Shown here piece after piece: positions 10,581 through 19,318 of a stretch of 64,000 bases of DNA. Where the stretch lies: positions 8,610 to 72,609 of the forward strand of contig JBAYIY010000004.1 of NCBI GenBank assembly GCA_041665365.1, written 5' to 3'. A program made the translations under genes and the position numbers. The stretch is from Patescibacteria group bacterium (GTDB taxonomy: Bacteria > Patescibacteriota > Patescibacteriia > UBA9570). Each line of letters opens with the position of its first letter. Position 1 is the first letter of the stretch. Below the pieces are notes generated by a model, which had not been told where the DNA came from, searched no databases, and saw nothing but the letters and a program-made list of their open reading frames with translations.

Positions 10581-11735
10581 ATGGCTAATGGTAAATATGT
10601 AGAAGTTAAACCTGATGTAGAAACATTCGCAAAGATTCTTGTGGTGGGCGTTGGTGGCTCCGGTGGCTCTGCCGTTTCCCGCATGATTGACAGTGGTTTA
10701 AAAGGGGTTGAATTTGTCGCTATTAACACCGATGCCCAGGCTTTACACCATAATCCAGCTAAGAACAAAATCCATATTGGTAAGAGTACAACTCGCGGTT
10801 TAGGTGCCGGTATGGATCCTGCCATTGGAGCGAAAGCCGCTGAAGAAACTAATGAAGAATTAACCGCCATGCTCAAGGGAGCGGATATGGTGTTTGTGAC
10901 CTGTGGTTTAGGTGGTGGTACTGGGTCTGGGGCTGGTCCTATTATTGCTCGTTTAGCGCGTGATGCCGGTGCGTTAACAGTAGCCGTTGTAACCAAACCA
11001 TTTCAATTTGAAGGAGCGCAACGTAACCAAATTGCCGATGCCGCTTATAATGAAATGGCCGATGCGGTGGATACAATTATCACCATTCCAAATGATCGCT
11101 TGTTACAAATTATTGATAAGAAAACATCTTTACTTGATGCCTTTAAAACTGTCGACAATGTTTTATTTCAAGGTGTGCAAGGAATCTCTGATTTGATTAC
11201 TGTACCAGGTTTAATTAACGTTGACTTTGCTGATGTAAAATCGGTTATGGCCAACGCCGGTTCGGCCTTGATGGGGATCGGTAAAGCCACGGGTGAGAAT
11301 CGAGCTGTAGAGGCAGCTAAATCAGCCGTTGATAGTCCATTATTAGAATTGAGTATTGATGGAGCTAAGGGTATCTTGTTTACCATCACTGGTGGACCAA
11401 ATTTGAGTATGTACGAAGTCAATGAAGCCGCTCGGGTGATTACTGAATCGGCTGATCCATCCGCCAAGATTATTTTTGGATCCAATGTTGATGAATCTTT
11501 AGGTGATGAAGTTAAAGTAACGGTCGTAGCGACTGGTTTTGGTCAACCAGCCAAAGCCGCCAAAAAAATTCAAGCTGTGCGCCAAACGCCATTTAGCAAA
11601 CGCGAAGATAAAGATATGCCCGTTGCAACCAGTAATACTTTCCGCAACAAAAATATCATGGACGAAGCTCCCGTAGATAATTCCTCCGATGAAGATTTAG
11701 AGGTACCGGCCTTCATTCGGAAGAAGATGATGTAA
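10581..11735 (+). CDS. ftsZ: Cell division GTPase FtsZ
   Basis: Tubulin signature 'GGGTGSGAGPIIA'. 'VVGVGGSGGSAVSRM'. Confidence 0.95.
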   Translation: MANGKYVEVKPDVETFAKILVVGVGGSGGSAVSRMIDSGLKGVEFVAINTDAQALHHNPAKNKIHIGKSTTRGLGAGMDPAIGAKAAEETNEELTAMLKGADMVFVTCGLGGGTGSGAGPIIARLARDAGALTVAVVTKPFQFEGAQRNQIADAAYNEMADAVDTIITIPNDRLLQIIDKKTSLLDAFKTVDNVLFQGVQGISDLITVPGLINVDFADVKSVMANAGSALMGIGKATGENRAVEAAKSAVDSPLLELSIDGAKGILFTITGGPNLSMYEVNEAARVITESADPSAKIIFGSNVDESLGDEVKVTVVATGFGQPAKAAKKIQAVRQTPFSKREDKDMPVATSNTFRNKNIMDEAPVDNSSDEDLEVPAFIRKKMM

Positions 11736-11752
11736 GGAACAACAATTAACAT

Positions 11753-11794
11753 AAAACTGGTAGAGACATGCCATGGCATGTCTCTACCAGTTTT
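11753..11794 (+). terminator. 42-nt perfect palindrome (aaaactggtagagacatgcc|atgg|catgtctctaccagtttt) after ftsZ. It is flanked by an A-tract and a T-tract, so it can act as a bidirectional intrinsic terminator. It belongs to the GTAGAGAC palindrome family.
   Basis: Reverse-complement identity checked base by base. T4 follows on the + strand and A4 precedes. Confidence 0.7.
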
Positions 11795-11860
11795 ATGTGT
11801 GTCAATATGTTTTTTATTATGGTTTATTTATGGCAGATGATCTATACTAACTGACGAACT

Positions 11861-12334
11861 ATGATCTGCCCAGCCTGTTTATTTACGGATACAAAAGTGG
11901 TCGATTCGCGTGACATGGATGATGGCATGGCGATTCGACGGCGACGGGAGTGTCCGAAATGTGAGTTTCGTTTTTCCACCAAAGAACAAGTCGAAATTCT
12001 TAACTTGACGGTAAAAAAGCGGGCTGGTCGAATGGAACCGTATTCTACAGAAAAAATTACCCGTGGTTTACACATTGCCTTAGAAAAACGTCTTAAAGAT
12101 GACGAACGGTTTAAGAAACTTGTAGCGGGGATTGAGCGGGATATTCAAATTGCCGCCACTAGCGAAGATGTGATTGAATCAAAGGCGATTGGGGATATCG
12201 TGATGCGTCATTTGAAAAAAATTGATAAAATAGCCTATATCCGATTTGCTTCAGTGTATCAAGATTTTGAAGATTTATTATCCTTTCAGGAAGAAGTTGA
12301 GCGCCTAATGAACAAACATAAGAAAAAAACTTAA
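11861..12334 (+). CDS. nrdR: Transcriptional repressor NrdR
   Basis: N-terminal Zn-ribbon 'CPACLFTDTKVVDSRDMDDGMAIRRRRECPKCEFRFST' followed by an ATP-cone. About 157 aa. Confidence 0.9.
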   Translation: MICPACLFTDTKVVDSRDMDDGMAIRRRRECPKCEFRFSTKEQVEILNLTVKKRAGRMEPYSTEKITRGLHIALEKRLKDDERFKKLVAGIERDIQIAATSEDVIESKAIGDIVMRHLKKIDKIAYIRFASVYQDFEDLLSFQEEVERLMNKHKKKT

Positions 12335-12342
12335 AAACCACT

Positions 12343-12915
12343 ATGCATATTCATCCTAAGCCAACCAAGTCACATCAGCCAAAGAAAAAATTAGGTTATC
12401 TTCATCTCTATACCGGCGCGGGTAAAGGTAAAACCTCAGCGGCTTTGGGTGTTTTGTTACGCGCGGCTGGGCAAGGCCATCGTGTCTTGATGATTCAATT
12501 TTTAAAGGGGCACAAAGATGCCGGTGAGTTTCTAGCCTTTCAGAAATTAGGGTCTAATATCGAAATTGTTCAATTTGGTCGAGCTGATTTATTGTCACTC
12601 GATGCACTTCAAGCCGCTGATGCTTATTTTACGAAACAAGGTTTAGATTATGCTCGCCAGGCGATGCGCAGTAAACAACGCCCGGATGTTCTAATCTTAG
12701 ATGAAATTACCTCAGCGGTGCACTATGGTCTATTGCCAATTGAAGAACTGGTTGATTTTCTTGATAATCGTCACCGTGAAACTGAAGTAGTTCTAACCGG
12801 CGCTGAAGCGCACCCGGCGCTCTTTAATCTGGCCGATTTAGTGACCGTGATGCAACCGGCTAAGCATTATTTCAATTACGTCAACTTTGCCCCTAGGCTT
12901 GGTATTGAACATTAG
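12343..12915 (+). CDS. cobA: Cob(I)yrinic acid a,c-diamide / cob(I)alamin adenosyltransferase (CobA/CobO/BtuR family)
   Basis: P-loop 'LYTGAGKGKTSAALG' and 'MIQFLKG', typical of the BtuR/CobA family. Lies directly upstream of the B12-dependent RNR. Confidence 0.75.
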   Translation: MHIHPKPTKSHQPKKKLGYLHLYTGAGKGKTSAALGVLLRAAGQGHRVLMIQFLKGHKDAGEFLAFQKLGSNIEIVQFGRADLLSLDALQAADAYFTKQGLDYARQAMRSKQRPDVLILDEITSAVHYGLLPIEELVDFLDNRHRETEVVLTGAEAHPALFNLADLVTVMQPAKHYFNYVNFAPRLGIEH

Positions 12916-12943
12916 AGCGCTACTAGGTTATCCACAGTGACAA

Positions 12944-12990
12944 CACAATATATTGTGGTATACTTTGTTTCTAACCACTATATATAGATA
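12944..12990 (+). promoter_or_regulatory. Tandem NrdR boxes upstream of nrdJ
   Basis: Box 1 'acacaatatattgtgg' at 12944-12959 contains the perfect palindrome CACAATATATTGTG. Box 2 'ccactatatatagata' at 12975-12990 contains the palindrome CTATATATAG. Centre-to-centre distance is 31 bp, matching the published NrdR-box arrangement (consensus acaCwAtATaTwGtgt, two boxes about 31-32 bp apart). Confidence 0.7.
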
Positions 12991-13005
12991 AATCAACATA
13001 ATCTT

Positions 13006-15300
13006 ATGTACAATCTGCAGGGCTTAGCCAAAGACGTCTTTTTCGATCGCTATACTTTAAAGGACGACCAAGGCAAGCGCATCGAAGACACTCCCGAACA
13101 AATGTGGCAGCGGGTAGCTAAAGCCATTGCGACTGTTGAAAAAACTGATAGCAAAAAACAAGAGTGGGAAGAAAAATTCTATAGTATATTAAATGGTTTC
13201 GATTTTGTTCCAGGTGGCCGAATATTATCCGGCGCGGGCTCTGGCGTACCTTTAACGTTATATAACTGCTTTGTTATCCCATCACCCGATGATAGTCGAG
13301 GTGGCATTTTGGATAGTGTTAAACTGATGGTGGAAATTATGAGCCGAGGCGGTGGTGTGGGAGTGAATCTTTCCAGTGTGCGTCCGCGCGGGGCTTATGT
13401 GAAAGGGGTCAATGGCACCGCTTCCGGGGCGGTCTCGTTTGGGGCATTGTATTCCTTTGCCACCGGCTTGATTATTCAAGGTGGGTCAAGACGAGGCGCA
13501 TTAATGCTCATGTTGGATATTGATCATCCTGATGTAATGGAATTCATCACGGTTAAACGTACCATGGGTCAAATTACTAACGCCAATTTGTCGGTGTGTG
13601 TGTCGGATAGTTTCATGCAAGCAGTCAAAGCCAATGCCGATTGGAATCTACAATGGCGCGGTAAAGTTTACAAAACAGTCAAAGCTAGAGATTTATGGAA
13701 TCTTGTCTGTGAATCCGCTTGGGCATCTGGTGAGCCAGGTTTAATGTTCAAAGAACGTTACAATAAAGAATCCAATGCTTGGTACTTTGAAGAAATTATC
13801 GCCACTAATCCATGTGGTGAGCAAGGTTTACCGGCTTGGGGTGTATGTAATTTAGGATCAATCAACGTAGCTAACTGTGTGCGCGCCGATAATACTTTTG
13901 ATTATGATCGTTTGGGAAAGGTAGCCCGGATTGCTATTCGGTTCTTAGATAATGTAGTCGATACCACTGAGTATTTCTTCCCAGAAAATGAAGCGGCCCA
14001 ACGGCGCATTAGACGCACTGGTTTAGGCACTATGGGGTTAGCCGATGCTTTGATAAAAATGAACGTGCGTTATGGTAGCCCAGAATCACTAGAGATTGTT
14101 GAAAAGATGCATCAGACCATTCGCGATGAAGCCTATGCCGCTAGCAGTGAATTAGCGGTAGAAAAAGGTCCGTTTCCGGCTTTTGACAAGGATAAATTCA
14201 TGCAAGGAGTTTTCATTAAACGTTTACCTCAGGCTTTGCAAGATACCATCGCGCGGCAAGGTTTACGCAATGGTGTGTTATTAACTCAAGCTCCCACTGG
14301 CACCACCAGTATTCTGGCTGGCGTTAGTTCTGGTATTGAACCAGTCTATGATTTTGCTTTCCAACGCAAAGATCGTTTAGGTGTACATACGGTGTATCAC
14401 CCCTTATATAAAGCCTGGAAGGATGCACACCCTGATGTTAATGACATGCCTGATTATTTTGTTAGTGCCAAAGTGTTAACACCAGAAGAACACGTGCGCA
14501 TGCAAGCTTCGATTCAGCGCTATGTTGATTCTAGTATCAGTAAAACGGTTAATGCTCCACATACACACACGCAAGAACAAGTACAAGAGCTTTATATCAA
14601 GGCGTATGATTTAGGTTGTAAAGGAGTAACATATTTCCGAGATGGTTCACGCAGTGAAGCCGTGTTGACCAGTTTAACCGACACTAAAAAAGACTCAGCC
14701 GCTAAACCTGACAAAACCGAGACCAAAGATGCGATTATTTCACCTCGTTTGCGTCCAGAAAAAGTGGCTGGCATCACGTATAAGATTAAAACTGGTTACG
14801 GTACCATGTTTGTAACAGTTAATCATGATGAAGACGGTAAACCATTTGAAGTGTTCGCCACGATTGGTAAAGCCGGTGGAGTGTTTGCGGAAGAATCTGA
14901 GGCGATCTGTCGGTTGGTGTCGCTCGCCTTACGCGCTCGTATCCCATTGCCAACTGTGGTTGAGCAAATTAAAGGGATTCGTGGACCAATGCCGATCTTT
15001 GGTAAGAACGGTATGATTTTATCTATTCCCGATGCTATCGCGCAGGTGCTCAGCCAACACATGCAAGACCTTGAATTAAAACCAGCCCCGGCGCAACAAC
15101 AAGCTGAAGTTGAACAAATGGTGGAAGACACTATGACAACCACGGTGAAAAAAGCCGAAGGCAAATATAAACTAATTTCCGCCAGTTCGTCGGTAGCCAA
15201 CACCGGTTTCTCCCCAGAGTGTCCGGAATGTAGTAGTATCATGGCCATGGCCGAAGGCTGCCTAACTTGCTTTAACTGTGGGTATTCTAAGTGTAGTTAA
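13006..15300 (+). CDS. nrdJ: Class II (adenosylcobalamin-dependent) ribonucleotide reductase
   Basis: 'NPCGEQGLPAWGVCNLGSIN' active-site block, 'TQAPTGTTSI', C-terminal CxxC..CxxC Zn-ribbon. 764 aa. Confidence 0.9.
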   Translation: MYNLQGLAKDVFFDRYTLKDDQGKRIEDTPEQMWQRVAKAIATVEKTDSKKQEWEEKFYSILNGFDFVPGGRILSGAGSGVPLTLYNCFVIPSPDDSRGGILDSVKLMVEIMSRGGGVGVNLSSVRPRGAYVKGVNGTASGAVSFGALYSFATGLIIQGGSRRGALMLMLDIDHPDVMEFITVKRTMGQITNANLSVCVSDSFMQAVKANADWNLQWRGKVYKTVKARDLWNLVCESAWASGEPGLMFKERYNKESNAWYFEEIIATNPCGEQGLPAWGVCNLGSINVANCVRADNTFDYDRLGKVARIAIRFLDNVVDTTEYFFPENEAAQRRIRRTGLGTMGLADALIKMNVRYGSPESLEIVEKMHQTIRDEAYAASSELAVEKGPFPAFDKDKFMQGVFIKRLPQALQDTIARQGLRNGVLLTQAPTGTTSILAGVSSGIEPVYDFAFQRKDRLGVHTVYHPLYKAWKDAHPDVNDMPDYFVSAKVLTPEEHVRMQASIQRYVDSSISKTVNAPHTHTQEQVQELYIKAYDLGCKGVTYFRDGSRSEAVLTSLTDTKKDSAAKPDKTETKDAIISPRLRPEKVAGITYKIKTGYGTMFVTVNHDEDGKPFEVFATIGKAGGVFAEESEAICRLVSLALRARIPLPTVVEQIKGIRGPMPIFGKNGMILSIPDAIAQVLSQHMQDLELKPAPAQQQAEVEQMVEDTMTTTVKKAEGKYKLISASSSVANTGFSPECPECSSIMAMAEGCLTCFNCGYSKCS

Positions 15301-15308
15301 CCAACAAC

Positions 15309-15394
15309 ACACCTCCCCAACCCTCCTATCGTAGGAGGGGGTAAGAAAAATTATCTTGCTCCCTTCCTAGAATAGGAAGGGCGGGGGGATGGTG
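15309..15394. repeat. GC-rich double-hairpin element (CCTCCCCAACCCTCCT + hairpin + GTAAGAAA + hairpin + GGGGGG). Second copy of the MITE-like element found at 22395-22516.
   Basis: Hairpin 1 is 15321-15339 (ccctccta/tcg/taggaggg). Hairpin 2 is 15361-15381 (cccttccta/gaa/taggaaggg). The shared block 'acctcccc(t)ccccaaccctcct' and the 'gtaagaaa' linker match the copy at 22402. Confidence 0.6.
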
Positions 15395-15408
15395 CAGTAC
15401 GATTCAAA

Positions 15409-15999
15409 ATGAAACATTTTACAAAAAAGAATTTAATAATCGCAATAAGTTTAATTGTCTTGGGTGGATTAGGTAGATTGTTATTACTTGAGTATCCAAA
15501 TGTTGAAACTTTAACTAGTGTATCGATTATAGCGGGGGCGTTACTGGGGCCGTATCTGGGATTACTAGTTAGTTTGTGTAGTGTCGTTGGTACGGATATG
15601 GTAATAGGTAATACCAATATTATGCTCTACACCTGGAGTGCCTGGGCGATAATTGGTTTAGCTAGTTCTTTGTTAAAAAGACGACAGCGTAAAACTATTC
15701 AAGTTTGGCAGGATAGTTTAAAGTTCACCGGGTTTGGTATGATAACAACACTATTCTTTTATTTGTGGACGAATTTTGGTGTCTGGCAGCTTAGTGGTAT
15801 GTACGCCCACACGTCGGCCGGTTTAATGCTATCATATATTAATGGGTTGCCGTTTTTACGCAATCAACTATTAGGGAATTTATTTCTAGTACCAGTGTTA
15901 TCGGTTATTTCCTTAACCGTCGTTAAATATCTAGTTTACTCTCATGCCTACAATCACCAAAGAATCTCTCATCGGCGAAGTATTGTTAGAGCATCCTGA
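15409..15999 (+). CDS. Small polytopic membrane protein, possibly an ECF-type S component-like substrate-capture subunit (inference).
   Basis: Five to six predicted TM helices in 196 aa. 'AGALLGPYLGLLVSLCSVVGTDMVIG' resembles ECF S-component helices. Lies in the RNR/B12 operon. Its 3' end overlaps the next gene by 56 nt. Confidence 0.35.
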   Translation: MKHFTKKNLIIAISLIVLGGLGRLLLLEYPNVETLTSVSIIAGALLGPYLGLLVSLCSVVGTDMVIGNTNIMLYTWSAWAIIGLASSLLKRRQRKTIQVWQDSLKFTGFGMITTLFFYLWTNFGVWQLSGMYAHTSAGLMLSYINGLPFLRNQLLGNLFLVPVLSVISLTVVKYLVYSHAYNHQRISHRRSIVRAS

Positions 16000-16162
16000 A
16001 GCCCAGGAGATTATGCTCAAGTATTTTGGCGAGCAGGTGGCCTGTGTGTTTTGTCCTGGGCAAGCTTTTGATACTTTTGCCATGATCGCTGAGCTGCATG
16101 GCGTGGAGGATAGTGTGGTTGAAGAAATGCTGGCGGAGATAAATCAAAGCATTGGCAAATAA
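15944..16162 (+). CDS. DUF1858-type small redox/disulfide domain protein
   Basis: 72 aa. 'ITKESLIGEVLLEHPEAQEIMLKYFG...CVFCPG' matches the DUF1858 architecture (about 70 aa, conserved Cys pair). Confidence 0.55.
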   Translation: MPTITKESLIGEVLLEHPEAQEIMLKYFGEQVACVFCPGQAFDTFAMIAELHGVEDSVVEEMLAEINQSIGK

Positions 16163-17460
16163 GTTTCGATTTCGTAGTGGTGCACTTGACGGCGGTAATT
16201 ATTCCATTCCATTTCTTTATTCATGATTAGTTTAGCGTGCACATCCTCACCTAAAGTGTCTTTCAGTAAAACACTGTTTTTGGCTAAATTAATCGCTTCT
16301 TTTAAGCTACCGGGCAGAGCGGTGATATTGGCTTTAGCCATCGCTTCATCAGACATTTCGAAAATATCATTTTCCGTGGCTGGGCTTAATTGATAATTTT
16401 CCATAATACCTTTTAGACCGGCGCGTAACATTACGGCAAAAGTTAAGTAAGGGTTAGCGGCTGGGTCTGGGCAACGTAATTCAATGCGGGTAGCATTAGC
16501 TTCACCACGGGTTAGAGGGATACGCACCAACGTAGAGCGGTTACGGCGACCCCAGGCTAGGTAAGCGGGTGCTTCGTAACCTGGCACGAGTCTTTTATAT
16601 GAGTTTACATACTGATTAGTTACTAAGACTATTTCCGGCATGTGTTTTAAAATTCCAGCCACATAGGATTTAGCTAAACTGGATAAACCATATTCATCGC
16701 GACTATCATGAAACATATTTTCCCCATTTTTCCATAAACTTTGGTGCACATGCATGCCGCTGCCATTTTGGCCAAAAATCGGTTTGGGCATGAATGTAGC
16801 ATAGGCGCCATGTTCACGAGCAATTTCTTTCACCACATATTTATATGTCATGACAATATCTCCCATCGATAGAGAATCACTGTATTTCATGTTGATCTCC
16901 TGTTGTGATGGAGCCACTTCATGATGGCCACGTTCAACGCTATAACCGAGTCGTTCTAGAGCCTCCACCGTGCGTTCACGCAAAATGGTACCTTGTTCCA
17001 GAGTAATCTGATCAAAATAACCGGCTTTGTCTAAACCAACTGTGGCGGTATTATCTTTAAAATAAAAGTATTCTAGTTCAGGTCCAACAAAATAATCATA
17101 ACCCTGTTGTTTAGCAAAAGCGACGTTGCGGGCTAAAACATTACGTGGGTCTGAGCCATACGGTAAACCATGAGCATCATATACCGAGCACATGAAGCGA
17201 GCGATTTTATGGACATCCGCCTCAATTGGTAAAATGGCGAACGAATCTAAAATTGGTTTGAGCACTAAATCGCTTTCTTCGATGCGGGAGAAACCATCAA
17301 TCGATGAACCATCAAAAAAGGTGCCCTCTTCTAAATAGCGCTCGAGTCTTTCTACCGGAAAAGTAATTCCCTTTAGTTGGCCGAGTACATCGGTAAACCA
17401 AAATCCTACCATGGTCACGTGTTCGGCTTTCACTTTGGCTAATATTTCCGCTGTCGTCAT
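16144..17460 (-). CDS. glnA: Glutamine synthetase
   Basis: 'FFDGSSIDGF' GS signature. 'GMHVHQSLW' and 'NRSTLVRIP' regions. 438 aa. Confidence 0.85.
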   Translation of the reverse strand: MTTAEILAKVKAEHVTMVGFWFTDVLGQLKGITFPVERLERYLEEGTFFDGSSIDGFSRIEESDLVLKPILDSFAILPIEADVHKIARFMCSVYDAHGLPYGSDPRNVLARNVAFAKQQGYDYFVGPELEYFYFKDNTATVGLDKAGYFDQITLEQGTILRERTVEALERLGYSVERGHHEVAPSQQEINMKYSDSLSMGDIVMTYKYVVKEIAREHGAYATFMPKPIFGQNGSGMHVHQSLWKNGENMFHDSRDEYGLSSLAKSYVAGILKHMPEIVLVTNQYVNSYKRLVPGYEAPAYLAWGRRNRSTLVRIPLTRGEANATRIELRCPDPAANPYLTFAVMLRAGLKGIMENYQLSPATENDIFEMSDEAMAKANITALPGSLKEAINLAKNSVLLKDTLGEDVHAKLIMNKEMEWNNYRRQVHHYEIETYLPML

Positions 17461-17597
17461 AAGATATTAAATTATTACTAATAAAGAAAAAATCTTCGCC
17501 CCCTTATATACATTGTATACAAGTGAGGTGAAGACAGCATTGTCTTAATTGGTGTACGACATTGTACTAGCAAAGTATAGCGTCTTGGAAAAAACTG

Positions 17598-18620
17598 TCA
17601 ACTGCGGAGTTTTTGTTCTATCGCAGCTGGTGCCAAGGCTTTGAGCAAAAGAGTCCGATCATGTATATAAGACAGACCAATGCCGGCAAATATTCGGTAT
17701 GGTTCAAAATTAATACGATCTGCCGGTGTAGTTTCTAAATAATGTTTTGTAGTTATCAAGGCCTCGTAGGCGGCTTGCTGCACGGCTGGGTCGTCTATCA
17801 AAGATTGCGGGCAATTACAAAACAAAAGTGTATAAGCTAAATCCAATTGGCGAAAAATATCATAGCGGGTAAAGCGTCTTTGTAAGACTTCATGATTTTG
17901 GCGATCATTTAACTTTTTTCTCAGTCTATCACGATCAATAATCTCAACTTCTATAAATGTACCATGACTAGCCTGACCAGGAATAAAATTAAATTGGGGT
18001 CGCACTGGAGCGATACCATGTTCCAGCATTTGTACTACAACACTATCAGGATTGATCTCGCGCGCTAACTTTAATGCCCGATCAATGGTGGCTGCTGGTG
18101 ATTGATCGGTGGCTCTGGCACTAGTTTCTCTTACCGTGTCACGCAAATCACTCCCAAAATGTTTTACTACGGCTCGATCAGCTTTTTGAGTGGCTCGTTT
18201 TTTTTGCTCAATTGTTTGAGTTTGATCCAATAATGTTTCATAGGCTTTATCAATTATGGCATCATACTCAGCTTGTTGTGTAGGATCACCGCTCACTCGT
18301 TTCATCACAGTAACGGGGTAGCCAGCACCATCAGCGGCACTATCCAAACGGGGATCGGCGGCACCAGTAACACCGATAGTGTGTTCCGGAAAAAGTTCGT
18401 AGATTAAAGACATTTCATAATATTTGGTTTTATGATGAAAGGGTGATATGGGAATTTTTTTACCGGTGGTTCGTTCAATTTGTCCATGCCAATGAGTTTG
18501 ATACCATTCTTTTAAAACCTGGGGATCGTCTGGTGTTCCAAAAAAATAGACACGTCCTTCCTCACCAGTTTTATCGGGTAAATGTTTTTTAAGTTCAAGT
18601 AATCCTTCACGATTAAGCAT
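17598..18620 (-). CDS. Hypothetical protein (340 aa) conserved next to glnA and the GAF-ANTAR regulator. No family recognised.
   Basis: Long ORF with normal composition. 'RVYFFGTPDDPQVLKEWYQTHWHG'. No motif I can assign. Confidence 0.5.
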   Translation of the reverse strand: MLNREGLLELKKHLPDKTGEEGRVYFFGTPDDPQVLKEWYQTHWHGQIERTTGKKIPISPFHHKTKYYEMSLIYELFPEHTIGVTGAADPRLDSAADGAGYPVTVMKRVSGDPTQQAEYDAIIDKAYETLLDQTQTIEQKKRATQKADRAVVKHFGSDLRDTVRETSARATDQSPAATIDRALKLAREINPDSVVVQMLEHGIAPVRPQFNFIPGQASHGTFIEVEIIDRDRLRKKLNDRQNHEVLQRRFTRYDIFRQLDLAYTLLFCNCPQSLIDDPAVQQAAYEALITTKHYLETTPADRINFEPYRIFAGIGLSYIHDRTLLLKALAPAAIEQKLRS

Positions 18621-18623
18621 AGT

Positions 18624-19301
18624 TTACAGCGATAAAGCAATAATAATCGCTTCGGCGATTTCTTTCATAGTCTTTTTTGTATCCATCGATTTTTTTTGAA
18701 TCAAACCATAAGCTTGCTCTTCGGTGAGTTGTTGTTTCTTCATTAAAATACCCTTAGCTTTTTCCACCACTTTACGCGTTTCTAGCGCCGCTTTGAGAGT
18801 TTGCGTTTCAGAAATCAGTTTAGCGTTATAAATGGCTCCACCAACTTGAGTGGCAATTAACCGTAATAATCTTAACTCGGTTTCTGGATGTTGTTTTTTG
18901 CGGCGGTGTTGCACATTAATTACTCCCACAATTTCATCCTGATAAATAATTGGTACTGATACAAAGGCTTCCCAGCGATCCTCATCTAAATAGGGTACTA
19001 CTTTAAAACGTTTATCGGCATAAGATTGCTCCGTAAGAGCTACTAACTGGCGATGTTCAGCTACCCAACCGGTGATACCTTCACCAAATTTCATGGCCAC
19101 TTGGTTAATCATTTTTGGGTGTGGTATCTTGGACGCTTTCAAAATTAAGTGATCATCCTGCACTAGATAGATCAAACAAGAGTCGGCTTTCATGGTATCT
19201 GAGACTAATTCAACCACTTCCTTCAATACTTCATCCAAATCAAGCTTATAGCTAATTGTATCCATGATGCGCTCTAATAAGGCTAATTGTCGTTTTAACA
19301 T
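18624..19301 (-). CDS. GAF-ANTAR RNA-binding antitermination regulator
   Basis: The N-terminal half is GAF-like ('DSCLIYLV...GEGITGWVAEH'). The C-terminus 'ETRKVVEKAKGILMKKQQLTEEQAYGLIQKKSMDTKKTMKEIAEAII' is a typical ANTAR helix bundle. Confidence 0.7.
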   Translation of the reverse strand: MLKRQLALLERIMDTISYKLDLDEVLKEVVELVSDTMKADSCLIYLVQDDHLILKASKIPHPKMINQVAMKFGEGITGWVAEHRQLVALTEQSYADKRFKVVPYLDEDRWEAFVSVPIIYQDEIVGVINVQHRRKKQHPETELRLLRLIATQVGGAIYNAKLISETQTLKAALETRKVVEKAKGILMKKQQLTEEQAYGLIQKKSMDTKKTMKEIAEAIIIALSL

Positions 19302-19318
19302 GGCAGTATCGTATAGTA

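Noticed and set aside
17601-17626. Hairpin ctgcg...cgcag near the glnA upstream region
   Set aside because: It lies inside the 3' end of the 17598-18620 coding sequence on the minus strand. It is not an independent regulatory element.
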